Shown: piece after piece, positions 46,539 to 55,995 of the stretch
Layout: each line of letters opens with the position of its first letter
Numbering within the stretch: the first letter of the stretch is position 1
Source of the DNA: a virus
Taxonomy: Duplodnaviria > Caudoviricetes
Direction: 5' to 3' (one strand)
DNA length: 60,358 bases
Virus record (IMG/VR): IMGVR_UViG_3300042884_000410
Location: 1 to 60,358 of that record
The notes under the pieces: generated by a model
The model's database searches: none
What the model was told of the DNA's origin: nothing
What the model saw: the letters and a program-made list of their open reading frames with translations, nothing else
Made by a program: the position numbers and the translations under genes

Positions 46539-46873
46539 CTGCTACCGTACCTTCTGCAACAGTACCACTGACCGCTCGGGCTCTGTGCGTAACCAACGTC
46601 AACGTCAGGCATCCCTGAGGTGGCGTAACAACAATTTCGATAGGCCGCATCTGGCGTGGAGCCCATGCCCAGACCCTCTGGGCCAGAGTTACCACCCAGG
46701 TGCTGGAGCCGCCCCATGCGGGCACAGGCTTCCGCGACACCCTGAGCGGTGTTAGTAGCCGCCCGTGCCATGTTCTGGACCGGCTGGCCTTGCTGGTACT
46801 GGCGACGAGGCTTTGCGTGAGCCACCCCCGTCAAGATCGAACACATAGCGAAAGCCGTAAGAAGGCGACTCAT
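46535..46873 (-). CDS. Small exported Cys-rich protein, CAP-like
   Basis: Signal peptide; H.GG..EGLGMG..NCCY..DVGYA..G.WYCCRRY. Confidence 0.65.
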   Translation of the reverse strand: MSRLLTAFAMCSILTGVAHAKPRRQYQQGQPVQNMARAATNTAQGVAEACARMGRLQHLGGNSGPEGLGMGSTPDAAYRNCCYATSGMPDVDVGYAQSPSGQWYCCRRYGSR

Positions 46874-47277
46874 TCGGCCACCTCCACTTCCACAGCGTCT
46901 TCCTTGCGGGGGCGACCTGGGCCACGGCGAACAGGCTCGTCACTGGGGGTGCGGGCCTCGGCCATCTTGAGCTTTGTCAAGAAAGGCTTGAGTTCCTTGA
47001 GAATCTCGGTGGTCGGGTGGACCGTGAAACAGCCCCACTGGAGCCAGTTGCCAGCGATCTCAGACTCACGCCAGAACGGATCGTCCTTGTGGCGAACGCT
47101 CTTCTTCTCAACAAGACCTGAGTTCTCGGAGAAGATCAGGATGGAGATTGTCTCTCGCCCCTTCTGAGTCACCCAACCCAAGCTGGGAGGGCTGGCGTTT
47201 GACATGGGGTCATCGTGCCAAAGCACTAGGTCGCCAATCGACAATTCCGAAATAACCTGAACTGAAACAATATGCAT
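46870..47277 (-). CDS. Hypothetical protein with AT-hook-like motif
   Basis: RRGPGRPRK near C-terminus. Confidence 0.75.
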   Translation of the reverse strand: MHIVSVQVISELSIGDLVLWHDDPMSNASPPSLGWVTQKGRETISILIFSENSGLVEKKSVRHKDDPFWRESEIAGNWLQWGCFTVHPTTEILKELKPFLTKLKMAEARTPSDEPVRRGPGRPRKEDAVEVEVAE

Positions 47278-47313
47278 GGTTTTGCCTCCACCACGGGGAA
47301 AGGTACTGGCAGT

Positions 47314-47350
47314 AGCGTACTGACCCCCGGAGGGCGGGCAATAGTTACGC
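47314..47350 (-). promoter_or_regulatory. Putative promoter, class B copy 1
   Basis: GCGTAACTA-TTGCCC-N16-TACGCT. Confidence 0.6.
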
Positions 47351-49006
47351 GACGTATGTCTGGGAGGTGTAACTTGAGGGGGCTAGGTACACCACGCTGG
47401 CTTCCTCGCCACGATCCCGCCGCCTCTTGGCAAGCCACGGCTCCCACCACGCAACCTCGGCCTTAACCTCTGGCTTGTGGTACTTGGGGTCTGCGGCAAA
47501 TATGTAACGCATACAGTCCATCAAGTGAGACACAGACCGGGGGTGGGGCTTGTCGAGGACGATTGAGTGACCACCCACAACTGTGGACTGCCGCTTGTAC
47601 CGCTTGATCTCTCGGATGAAGTTGGGCATGGCCCCTTCAAGGACTCGGAGGTAAGGAGTCCCCTTCGACCGGATGTGCATGGCGTTACGGACGCTCTCAA
47701 TGCCAGCCATGATGTCATCGCTGCCGTGCATGAATGACGAGCCGGTGGCCTTCGACCGCACCCCAAGTAACTCAAGCTGTTCCGCGTACTGTTGGCCGGG
47801 GGACTTGCCGCCGCCGATGTCGGTCAGGCGGGCACCATGCGAGTCGATAATGAAGGCATAGAACTGGGGCTGCCCTGCCAGCTTGGCCGCGAACTTCTCG
47901 GCAAACACCACGGCGGAACAGTTGGGGATATAGAGTTCGTCATAGATCAGGACGAAATCCCCGGAGGGCGGGACTGCCGCGAACATCACAGCACAGATCG
48001 CATGGCCCGGGTCAATCGCCGCATACCGGCACCAGTCTGCGGGAATCTGACCTTCCGGCAGTTCCCTGCGGGAGAAGCCGTGGATGCCCATGTTGAAATT
48101 GCCGTACATCAAAACAGAGTCGAAGGTGAACTCGCCCTCCGCTCTCATCCTCAGGACTTCCTCGCCCTGCGCGGCCCACTGCTCCACTGCCAAGGCACGG
48201 GCCTCTTTGGAGATGTGTTCGTTGTCGAGGAACCTCAGGACAAACTTCTTGGGGTTGCTGTGCCCTTCCTCTGCCGCTTTATCCGCCCGTTCGCACAGGC
48301 CAAAGAGTGCGTCATTCTTTGAGTGCGGGGTTGCCGACCACACCAGCCTTCCCTTGTAGTCCGCAAGACGAGCCTGCAACTCAGCCAGCCAAGTGCTTTC
48401 GGATGACAAGTCCTCGTCAATCCACGCAAGATGGGCCCGGTAGCCCTGAGGAGGATCGCCCTCAGACGAGAAGAAATAAATCTGCCAGCCGTTGGTCAGC
48501 TCGCATGACTGCATATATTGAGCGGACTTGAGGACCCAACTGATGTTCTTGATCATCCGGGGTGGGATCAAGGGAGGGGATGGCTTGGCTTCTGACTCCC
48601 GGGCCCTGTCCGCAACCGGGTCATACGCGCGCCACTCTTTAGTATGGGCATCCTGAATGATCTTAAATGCGCCAGCCTTAAATAAGCCTCTGACGCAGAC
48701 CATCCCGATGTGCCGCCAGTCGGCCCCCACCACCACCGCAGTGCCATTCTCTTTCGGGTACTTGCCCTCGACGGGGTGCGTCCCGGTTACCGCCCAGGCG
48801 AACTCAAGCATGGCAGCCGTAGTCTTGCCGCTCCGATTGCCGCCCAGCACGATCCGCTCGGAAGCCATGTCATCGTGGAAGGGCTTCTGATTGGCATTGG
48901 GCCGGTAGAGCCGGACAGACTCAAGCTGGCGGGATGCCAACTCCCTCTGGAGGTCGAGCATCTCCTGCCTGGAGTGCTGCGAGACATTATCAAGAGGGTT
49001 CGCCAT
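47345..49006 (-). CDS. terL: Terminase large subunit
   Basis: GGNRSGKT Walker A, AWIDE Walker B, SATP, AIDPG nuclease Asp, HLMDCMRY. Confidence 0.95.
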   Translation of the reverse strand: MANPLDNVSQHSRQEMLDLQRELASRQLESVRLYRPNANQKPFHDDMASERIVLGGNRSGKTTAAMLEFAWAVTGTHPVEGKYPKENGTAVVVGADWRHIGMVCVRGLFKAGAFKIIQDAHTKEWRAYDPVADRARESEAKPSPPLIPPRMIKNISWVLKSAQYMQSCELTNGWQIYFFSSEGDPPQGYRAHLAWIDEDLSSESTWLAELQARLADYKGRLVWSATPHSKNDALFGLCERADKAAEEGHSNPKKFVLRFLDNEHISKEARALAVEQWAAQGEEVLRMRAEGEFTFDSVLMYGNFNMGIHGFSRRELPEGQIPADWCRYAAIDPGHAICAVMFAAVPPSGDFVLIYDELYIPNCSAVVFAEKFAAKLAGQPQFYAFIIDSHGARLTDIGGGKSPGQQYAEQLELLGVRSKATGSSFMHGSDDIMAGIESVRNAMHIRSKGTPYLRVLEGAMPNFIREIKRYKRQSTVVGGHSIVLDKPHPRSVSHLMDCMRYIFAADPKYHKPEVKAEVAWWEPWLAKRRRDRGEEASVVYLAPSSYTSQTYVA

Positions 49007-49646
49007 GCGGAACCTCCACAAGGCGGCGCATGGACATGGCCTGCTCTATTTCCACTACGGGAATCTGGTTGGCCTGAATCATCCCATCGGGGATTTCCAC
49101 CTCAGTGGACTGGTTCAGGTACTCCAGATTCTTCTGCGACTCCGCAGCCAAGGCAATCTTCTGGGCAAGCCTCTGCTCCAACTCATCGTCAGTGAGGAGC
49201 GACACTGGCTTCTGAACCGCCCCGCTATCCGCCACGTTGTTCGTGAGCCTGACCACAGTCTCCAGGATGCTGGTGCGGATACGCCCGCCTGGAGGTGCTG
49301 AGTGGTAGGTGTGGGCTAGCTCATTGGCCAGCCCGTTGACACCACCGAATAACCCGTAGATCGACTCCAGCAACTCAGTAGAGTGCGGGATGTTACTGCC
49401 ACCCTTGCGGACCATCGGGGCCCGCATGAACGCTTCCGCTGCCCGCCGGGAGGTTGTCTCTACCTTCTGCCGGTGCTTGACCAGCTTGTAGCAGGCTTTG
49501 CAGATCGGCTGGAGCGTGTGCTGGGTTCCGGGGACCAAGGGCCACCGTCGCCGGTCGAGCGGCTTGACTAGGCCACACGCTTCGCAGGCACGGCTATCGA
49601 CAAGAGGACCGTCCGGCTGAACGTCTGGTATGTCGATCTCTTCCAT
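48990..49646 (-). CDS. Possible terminase small subunit (Zn-finger N-terminus)
   Basis: Immediately upstream of terL; CEAC..CKAC; LTDDELE motif. Confidence 0.5.
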   Translation of the reverse strand: MEEIDIPDVQPDGPLVDSRACEACGLVKPLDRRRWPLVPGTQHTLQPICKACYKLVKHRQKVETTSRRAAEAFMRAPMVRKGGSNIPHSTELLESIYGLFGGVNGLANELAHTYHSAPPGGRIRTSILETVVRLTNNVADSGAVQKPVSLLTDDELEQRLAQKIALAAESQKNLEYLNQSTEVEIPDGMIQANQIPVVEIEQAMSMRRLVEVPHGEPS

Positions 49647-49649
49647 GCT

Positions 49650-49865
49650 TCACCTATCAAGCTGGAGTGAAGACACGCTGGGGTCAGGTCGAACGCCAGA
49701 AGCCATCTTCTGCATCTTCACCAGAGGGCTCTCTTCCTCAGGTGGCTGGCCATCTTGTCGGGCCATCAGGTCGCCAACGCTCTGACCAGTCAGGAAGTTC
49801 CCAAGTCCAGCTACCGCATCAGAGGGCAGCCGGGAGTCGAGGAGCTTGCGGATCATGTCGCTCAT
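49650..49865 (-). CDS. Hypothetical protein, 71 aa
   Basis: Coupled ORF. Confidence 0.65.
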   Translation of the reverse strand: MSDMIRKLLDSRLPSDAVAGLGNFLTGQSVGDLMARQDGQPPEEESPLVKMQKMASGVRPDPSVSSLQLDR

Positions 49866-50269
49866 TCGATCCCGTTCTCCCTTCCCTTGCGGCGGGCATA
49901 CTCCTCGTCTGTTTCCTGTCGGAGAAAGCCGTAGCCGCCGTTGTTGTTCTGCTGCTTCTTCCTGAGCAAGGCATCATCCAGAACGAGCGGGTCCTTCTTG
50001 GGGTAGTACGGCTGGGGCATCATGTTCTGGTAGTCCGGCCCCTCTCCGGGGACGGGTTTTCTTGGCCGATATGGCATCGGCATAACGTCAGGGCCAGCGT
50101 TCGGGTCAACCGGCTGATTGATGTACGGCATCTTCCTGATAGTGCCATCGTCATTCTCAAGGTCACGGAGCCGCTGCTTGTGAAGCTCCTGTCCCAACAG
50201 GGCGCGAATGCGATCCTCTGTGGTGGTTGCCTTGGGCTGCTTGAGATATTGCTCGTATGGATTCGGCAT
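49862..50269 (-). CDS. Hypothetical Pro-rich protein
   Basis: GAGGG RBS, MPNPYEQ; repeated GPD..MP.PY. Confidence 0.65.
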   Translation of the reverse strand: MPNPYEQYLKQPKATTTEDRIRALLGQELHKQRLRDLENDDGTIRKMPYINQPVDPNAGPDVMPMPYRPRKPVPGEGPDYQNMMPQPYYPKKDPLVLDDALLRKKQQNNNGGYGFLRQETDEEYARRKGRENGIE

Positions 50270-50368
50270 GGCATTGACCCTCGGAAGATTCCCGTGAAAC
50301 CTTGCGTAAAGCCCGGGGGGAGTGGCGTGACTCACTCGCCCCCGGGCCCCACACAACACACACTCAGA

Positions 50369-50788
50369 TCAGTTACCGAAGAAAGCCTTGGCAGTCACGC
50401 CTTCCGCAGCCGCAGCACCGGCAGCTTCCTGAGCCTTAGCAGCGGCCTTGGCAGCCTTGCGACCAGCCGAAGCCTCTTCACGCATGGCCTTGGCAACCTT
50501 CTTCGATGCCTTGTGGGCACCACGGCGGCTCATCGGAGCCTTGCCAGCCGGGGAGCCTTCGCCCACCGACACCTCTTCGGTCACGGTCACTTCGCAGGGA
50601 CCATCGACCTCGACAGTTTCCTTGACCTTGACGCTGGGGGCCACGGTCACATCCTGCTCGACTTCGACAGCCACCGGGGCGGCGGTCTTCTTGGTCTTCT
50701 TGGTCCCGTGACAATCGCCAGCATTGATGATGCCAGCGGTCAGGCTGCCCAACAGGAGGGCAGTGGCGAACAACAGATACTTCTTCAT
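50369..50788 (-). CDS. Exported protein (V/E-rich then A/K-rich)
   Basis: Signal peptide MKKYLLFATALLLGSL. Confidence 0.75.
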   Translation of the reverse strand: MKKYLLFATALLLGSLTAGIINAGDCHGTKKTKKTAAPVAVEVEQDVTVAPSVKVKETVEVDGPCEVTVTEEVSVGEGSPAGKAPMSRRGAHKASKKVAKAMREEASAGRKAAKAAAKAQEAAGAAAAEGVTAKAFFGN

Positions 50789-50793
50789 GGGAA

Positions 50794-51387
50794 TTACTCC
50801 GGGGAGGAAAGGGAAAGCTCAAGGGACATCAACTCTTCACGTTTCTTTTCGTAGGCGGCAGATGCTTCTTCGGGGGTTGCGAAATTTCCGATGAACTTTC
50901 CGGCAGCCTTCGCAGCGTATGGCCTGACCCTTGGCTTTCCATTTCCGTTGAACGGCACAAAAGACACCCCTCTGGGCAGGCCGGATTTCTTTGGCCTATT
51001 TTTTTGATTCAGGGCCTGAAGGCTAGGTGTGGCAATTCGCAAATTCTCTAGGCGGTTGTCTTTGGGGTCGCGGTTGCAGTGGTCGATTGTCAGAGGAAGT
51101 GCCGGGAGCGTTCTGCCAGAAAGTTCCCAGATGAAATTGTGGAGAGGGATTTTTTTGACTCTGCCGTTCTCGGTTCGTCGTGTCACCGCATAGCCACCCC
51201 GGAGTCTCCAGATCAGATTGCCGACTTTCTCTTGAAAGCACTCGTCAACAACAAAGCCGTCTGGCAGGCCCGTGGTGCTGCCTCGACGCTTTCTTTGGCC
51301 GCAGGAGATACAGCGGGGCCGATACTTGCTCTGCGTATCGCAGCCGCAGTCACAGCACTTGCCGGGGTATTTCCACTCTCTCTTCAT
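50794..51387 (-). CDS. HNH homing endonuclease with AP2-like domain
   Basis: IDHCNRDPKDNRLENLR; RGV...IGNFATPEEASAAY. Confidence 0.9.
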   Translation of the reverse strand: MKREWKYPGKCCDCGCDTQSKYRPRCISCGQRKRRGSTTGLPDGFVVDECFQEKVGNLIWRLRGGYAVTRRTENGRVKKIPLHNFIWELSGRTLPALPLTIDHCNRDPKDNRLENLRIATPSLQALNQKNRPKKSGLPRGVSFVPFNGNGKPRVRPYAAKAAGKFIGNFATPEEASAAYEKKREELMSLELSLSSPE

Positions 51388-51391
51388 GCCA

Positions 51392-51847
51392 TCACCTGAA
51401 AGTTTGCGTCCACGAAGAATTGACCTGCCCGGTTCCGATGTAAGTATAACGACTAGAAAGCATATTCCTGCGGTGTGGCGGGCTTCTTATCCACGCTTGA
51501 ACTGCCGCCTCTGGTGTTGCGTAACCTTTGCAAATGTTCTCGCCGTAAGGACCGCGACTATGAACCATCCTGCCGTTAGCCATGACCCCCGACCAGTTGC
51601 GAGAAAACTTCATCATGGCCGGGTCAGGAATTAACGACTTCAGGCCATGTTTGTTTCGGAAGTCATTTGTTAGCTGGATTACCTTCATCTCGTAAACATT
51701 TCCGATTGGCAGGGCCTTCTTGACTACCTTCTTGGGAGGCGGGCAAGCTGCGGGCTCATCGGGTATCAGTAGGGGAACAACTTGGTTGAGACATAGCAAC
51801 GCAAAGGCTGCCATAGCCAATCCGAATGCCGCTCTCAGCGGAGTCAT
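51392..51847 (-). CDS. CAP (SCP) domain protein with N-terminal hydrophobic segment
   Basis: TN.FR.KHGL..L; GENI; W..SP.HR.NML....IG.G. Confidence 0.9.
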   Translation of the reverse strand: MTPLRAAFGLAMAAFALLCLNQVVPLLIPDEPAACPPPKKVVKKALPIGNVYEMKVIQLTNDFRNKHGLKSLIPDPAMMKFSRNWSGVMANGRMVHSRGPYGENICKGYATPEAAVQAWIRSPPHRRNMLSSRYTYIGTGQVNSSWTQTFR

Positions 51848-52140
51848 TTTGGATTACTTTCCAGCTTGAACTTCTCCATCTTCTCTGGCGGCTTGGCATC
51901 GTAGATCACCGCATACACAAGGTCCCTGGTTACATTGGCCGCAACATCACAACCCTGTCGCTCCAGGCTGTTCTTGAGTTCCAGTAGTTGAATGACCGTT
52001 CCGATCTCACGGGACTGTTCGCGGTTTCTCCTCCACAGGAGAGAGGACAGCCACAAGCTGATGGTCTTGGTTACAAACGGGCTCGTCAGGAGCAATACGC
52101 CAACGATCAAGATCAGGTTCTGTGGTGTGGCCCAGTCCAT
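51844..52140 (-). CDS. Small membrane-anchored protein
   Basis: N-terminal hydrophobic segment. Confidence 0.7.
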   Translation of the reverse strand: MDWATPQNLILIVGVLLLTSPFVTKTISLWLSSLLWRRNREQSREIGTVIQLLELKNSLERQGCDVAANVTRDLVYAVIYDAKPPEKMEKFKLESNPK

Positions 52141-52141
52141 C

Positions 52142-52927
52142 TTATTCCTTTGTTAGGGAGGCGAATCTGTCCGACTGCCATTCGATGAAGTTGGAGAGGT
52201 TCTGGATGTCCGCGTAATCGGGGTCACGCTTCTTGACCACGGACAACATCACCCGGCAGTACCTCTCCATCTCCCTGGCAAAGTCTTCAGTCTCGCTACG
52301 TTTCTCCCATCCAAGTTGGCGGCGGGCAATAGTTCCCGTGATGTAGGCATTCCACTCGTCCAGCAAATAGATCGGACTCTTGTTCCAGTCCTTCCGTTGC
52401 TCGACCATGTAGAGCTTGTAGATCGGCCCCCGCTGGTTCTTGGGGACCGTGTTGGCTACCTGTTCGATGGTTATCTCTGGGTGCCTGAGGACGATCCCAT
52501 TGCCGTTCCCTACATAAATGCCGTGTTTGACCGTGCTAGCGTGAAGTCGGTTGCTCACCCCGTGATTCATTTCGTGCGCCCAGGTCACCAGATCACCGGG
52601 CTCTGTGGGGTCAGCCCAGTAGTGAGGGTTCTCCAGGCGGCAGTAGAGGTCAGTAAGAACGTCGCACTTCTGCGGTGTTGGCTTCCTGAGGGGCGGGCAG
52701 ATTCCAGTGACAAAGGGAAGGTCCGGCTTGACCAGCACCGACACAGTTTTGGGTTTGGGCGGGGGTGGGTCAGGAAGCCGGACTTGAGTTGGTTCTGTTC
52801 TCAGTTGGTAGGGCTGAAAAGATTTCGGCTGGCGGGGAGCTTTGGGCTCATCCCGCCAGCCGAAGATCGCAAGCACTAGGCCAACCAGAATGGCAATCCG
52901 CCCAGCGGTGATTGCTAGGGATTCCAT
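52142..52927 (-). CDS. Membrane-anchored HEXXH putative metallopeptidase
   Basis: N-terminal TM, Pro linker, TWAHEMNHG, YLLDEWNAY. Confidence 0.7.
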   Translation of the reverse strand: MESLAITAGRIAILVGLVLAIFGWRDEPKAPRQPKSFQPYQLRTEPTQVRLPDPPPPKPKTVSVLVKPDLPFVTGICPPLRKPTPQKCDVLTDLYCRLENPHYWADPTEPGDLVTWAHEMNHGVSNRLHASTVKHGIYVGNGNGIVLRHPEITIEQVANTVPKNQRGPIYKLYMVEQRKDWNKSPIYLLDEWNAYITGTIARRQLGWEKRSETEDFAREMERYCRVMLSVVKKRDPDYADIQNLSNFIEWQSDRFASLTKE

Positions 52928-52938
52928 TCTTGGGTTGG

Positions 52939-53670
52939 TCAGGCAGTGGGCTCAGGCGTGACAGCCGGATCGACAACCGGGTCCACCACCGGAGCAACTT
53001 CCGGGGCAACAACCGGCTCGACCACCGGGGCCGGGGCAACCTCGACCACGGGCTCAACAGCCGTGGAAGGAGCCGCAGCCGGATCGACGGCAGCGTCCTC
53101 AGTCGCAGGAGCTTCCTCGTCGGCACCCTTCGTCACCGGCACCACCGAAGCACCAGCTTGCACGTTGACGAGCGTCCGAACCTTGCCCTTCACAACGGGC
53201 GAGATCGCAACGCCAATCGAAGTACCAGCCGCACCAACCGCCGCAGTACCACCAGCACCGATACCCACCAGCGCACCGGGGGCAAAGGTAGCCGAGGTCA
53301 TGATGGCAGTCGGGCCAACGGTCACCAGCCAGAAGATGTCACCAACGGCAACACCTGCGGGCGGGAGATACTCGTCAACCACACCAATCGGAGCGTCGGC
53401 AACCGAAGTCGCTGGGCCGTCCACCTCGTCAAGGATGGCCGACTTCTTGAACTTGACAACCGTGCCACCGAGAAGGGGACCAGCCGAGGTGTTACGAACC
53501 GCGATGCAAGTCACAAGCCGGTTGCTCAGGAACACACCGGCATTGTTCGTCCTGGGATCGGTGTCGGTGAACACCTTAGACGAGCCGGTGACATTCGTAC
53601 CCTGAAGGGCAGAAGTAACACCGAGCGTCTGACCCCGGCCAAACCAAGGATCGGCACTGATAATGGACAT
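52939..53670 (-). CDS. Capsid decoration/cement protein
   Basis: Follows MCP; GVVDEYLP..GV..GDIFWLV..GP; acidic P/V/E tail. Confidence 0.65.
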   Translation of the reverse strand: MSIISADPWFGRGQTLGVTSALQGTNVTGSSKVFTDTDPRTNNAGVFLSNRLVTCIAVRNTSAGPLLGGTVVKFKKSAILDEVDGPATSVADAPIGVVDEYLPPAGVAVGDIFWLVTVGPTAIMTSATFAPGALVGIGAGGTAAVGAAGTSIGVAISPVVKGKVRTLVNVQAGASVVPVTKGADEEAPATEDAAVDPAAAPSTAVEPVVEVAPAPVVEPVVAPEVAPVVDPVVDPAVTPEPTA

Positions 53671-53700
53671 GAAGTTCTACTTTCAGGTGAGGGGTTGGGA

Positions 53701-54834
53701 TCAGGCAATCGCTTGCAGCTTAAAGAAGTTACGCGGAGATTTCAGCTTCATGTTCCCGAGGACACTCACGACGTACCTGTACGCCTGTGTATCTTCGTTA
53801 TAGAATGGACCCTCGCTTGTCAGGAGATTGCTCTCCATGCAGTAGAGTTCCATGTTGGCGACTGACAATCCGTACCCGCAGCCTGCCGGAACGGCATACT
53901 CGGTCGTGATGTCGCATCCATCCTGCATGAAGGAGTCATTGAAGCCGTACTGCTTCAGGCCGGTGTTACTGGAGATGAGAGCCCGCTCCTTGCTGTCGAG
54001 CTTGTTCATGTAGCTGATGTACAGCTTACGATCAAGCACAACCATGTCGATCTGGCTCTCCTTAGTATCATTGCGCTTGGCCTGCTGAATGCCCTCGCGC
54101 ACAGCCTGGACACACTGATCATCCCAGGTGAACGAGTCGCCACCCGTGGAGTTCTTGCCCTTGAAGTAACGGCTGGTGTAGTTGACCACAATCGGCGACC
54201 AGTGATCATACTCAGGATCAGCCACACCGTTGGGCCACGAACCCTCAAGCTGCGAGCCAGCCACGGCACCAAGGCCAGTGCTGAGTCCAGCGTAGTTGTC
54301 GGCGGGCCAGCCAAACGGATCGTCAGGGTTCGCAGTCCGCTTGCTACCATCGGTGATGTTGACCGTACCGTCGATGGCGAACATGGACTCAAGACCGTGG
54401 AAACGAAGCTCGTTACCAGCCTTGTTACCGTCGATGTAGATTTCCTTGGACAGATGCTCGCTCATCGACTCCTCAAGCCGCGTGGCCATGCCACCAGCGA
54501 CGTTGATAAGTGCGGCCTGACCACGGTTCGTCAGCATCTCGCGCTTGAAAATCGAGTCCGTAACTTGATAGCCACGGTAAGGGAGGGTCGCGGTCGAGAA
54601 GAGATTCTGACGGGCAAAGACTCGGGGAGTCTCACCGTTGTTACCAGACACCGGCTGGTTCCGCATACGGACCTGCCAGTTGAGATTGAGGCCAGCACTG
54701 TTCATCACCACATTGCCTGAGCCTTCCAGCATGGCGAAGACCTTAAAGCGACGGAACGTGGTCTGTTCAGTCTCCCGAAGGTAGTTCTGGATCGTAGTCT
54801 GAATAACCCGGGCCCAGTCAGTGCTATTAGCCAT
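53701..54834 (-). CDS. Major capsid protein
   Basis: 377 aa after scaffold; ..IYIDG...FHGL; HK97-fold-like size and position. Confidence 0.85.
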   Translation of the reverse strand: MANSTDWARVIQTTIQNYLRETEQTTFRRFKVFAMLEGSGNVVMNSAGLNLNWQVRMRNQPVSGNNGETPRVFARQNLFSTATLPYRGYQVTDSIFKREMLTNRGQAALINVAGGMATRLEESMSEHLSKEIYIDGNKAGNELRFHGLESMFAIDGTVNITDGSKRTANPDDPFGWPADNYAGLSTGLGAVAGSQLEGSWPNGVADPEYDHWSPIVVNYTSRYFKGKNSTGGDSFTWDDQCVQAVREGIQQAKRNDTKESQIDMVVLDRKLYISYMNKLDSKERALISSNTGLKQYGFNDSFMQDGCDITTEYAVPAGCGYGLSVANMELYCMESNLLTSEGPFYNEDTQAYRYVVSVLGNMKLKSPRNFFKLQAIA

Positions 54835-54848
54835 TTGGCTCTCCTAGT

Positions 54849-55919
54849 TCAGATGTAACCGGCGGCATTAAGGTTTTCCGCCAACATTTGCTCAAACGTC
54901 AGTTTCTGCTTCGGCTGTCGAGGATCATTGTTGGCGGCACCGGCTGACCGACTCGGATTTCGGCTGGCTTCCCGGCGTAAGTAACTCATGTTCTGTGCGG
55001 CAAGGTCTTGAGGTGCTGGTGCTTGGGCCACGGGGGCTTGCTGCACTGGCGGTGCCGCCTGGGGTGGTTGGGGCTGGTACTGCGGCTGGGGTGGGGCAGA
55101 CTCTTGGGAGTACCGTTGCCGGAACAACTCAAGCTCTACCTTCTCAACTGCATACTCAGCCCGTTCCTTCCCGGGCGGAATTCCTCGCGCTCTTGCTTCG
55201 TCTACATATTTATGGAGTAGTAAGCCCGCTGGTGAAACGCTACCTGTGTTTTGGTCATACAACCAGTCAGCGTTTTCCTTCTCGAAATCGGTTACATAGT
55301 TCTCCCGATCACGGGTGGCGAGTTGCTCATTGATGATCTCCTGAGCCTGTTTTTGAGCCATTTCCGCAACCATCGGACCAATGGCATCCTCTGGGTTACT
55401 CAGGAACTTCTGGGCAAAGTCGGCCCGGTAGTTCTGCCATTCGGAAAGTGCCAGCCGCGCGTCATACGGAGCATCAGGGTGGATTACATCCCGCCCGCTC
55501 TCGTCCTTGGTCAGGTAACGCTTGTAGCTTTCCTTCAGTTCTGGAGGGTTCCACCACTTCTTGGCCTGGGGGGCAGCCTGTTGCGGAGCTTGCTGTTGGG
55601 GCTGTTGCTGCGCCTGTTGCTGGGATTCAAGCCACTTCTGGTACTGGGGCCGATTGGAGATGTACTCCTGAGTAATCGGCATGATCGACTGGTACTGTTG
55701 CAACTGGCGGGTGGCAGCTTGCTCCCGCTGCATAGCCTGATAGAGGCTCGTTGCTATTGCCCGGTCATCCTGGCCCTGAAACTGGGGCAGTTGCTTGAAG
55801 CTGTCCCAAGGCGAGTGTGCGACTTCAGCCTGGGGGGCGGAGTGTGATTCCGGCTGCGAGTCCGCAACAGGAGCATCGTTCTCAACGGGAACGGAATTCT
55901 GCTCAATGTCTTCTGACAT
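54849..55919 (-). CDS. Capsid scaffolding protein
   Basis: Acidic Q/P-rich, upstream of MCP, GGAGG RBS. Confidence 0.75.
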   Translation of the reverse strand: MSEDIEQNSVPVENDAPVADSQPESHSAPQAEVAHSPWDSFKQLPQFQGQDDRAIATSLYQAMQREQAATRQLQQYQSIMPITQEYISNRPQYQKWLESQQQAQQQPQQQAPQQAAPQAKKWWNPPELKESYKRYLTKDESGRDVIHPDAPYDARLALSEWQNYRADFAQKFLSNPEDAIGPMVAEMAQKQAQEIINEQLATRDRENYVTDFEKENADWLYDQNTGSVSPAGLLLHKYVDEARARGIPPGKERAEYAVEKVELELFRQRYSQESAPPQPQYQPQPPQAAPPVQQAPVAQAPAPQDLAAQNMSYLRREASRNPSRSAGAANNDPRQPKQKLTFEQMLAENLNAAGYI

Positions 55920-55951
55920 GGTGGCCTCCATTTAGGAAGTAAGACCACCGA

Positions 55952-55988
55952 ATTGTGTCAAGGGTCTGGCGGCGGGCAATAGTTACGC
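55952..55988 (-). promoter_or_regulatory. Putative promoter, class B copy 2
   Basis: GCGTAACTA-TTGCCC-N16-CACAAT; 18 bp identical to 47333-47350. Confidence 0.6.
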
Positions 55989-55995
55989 CAAGTAA

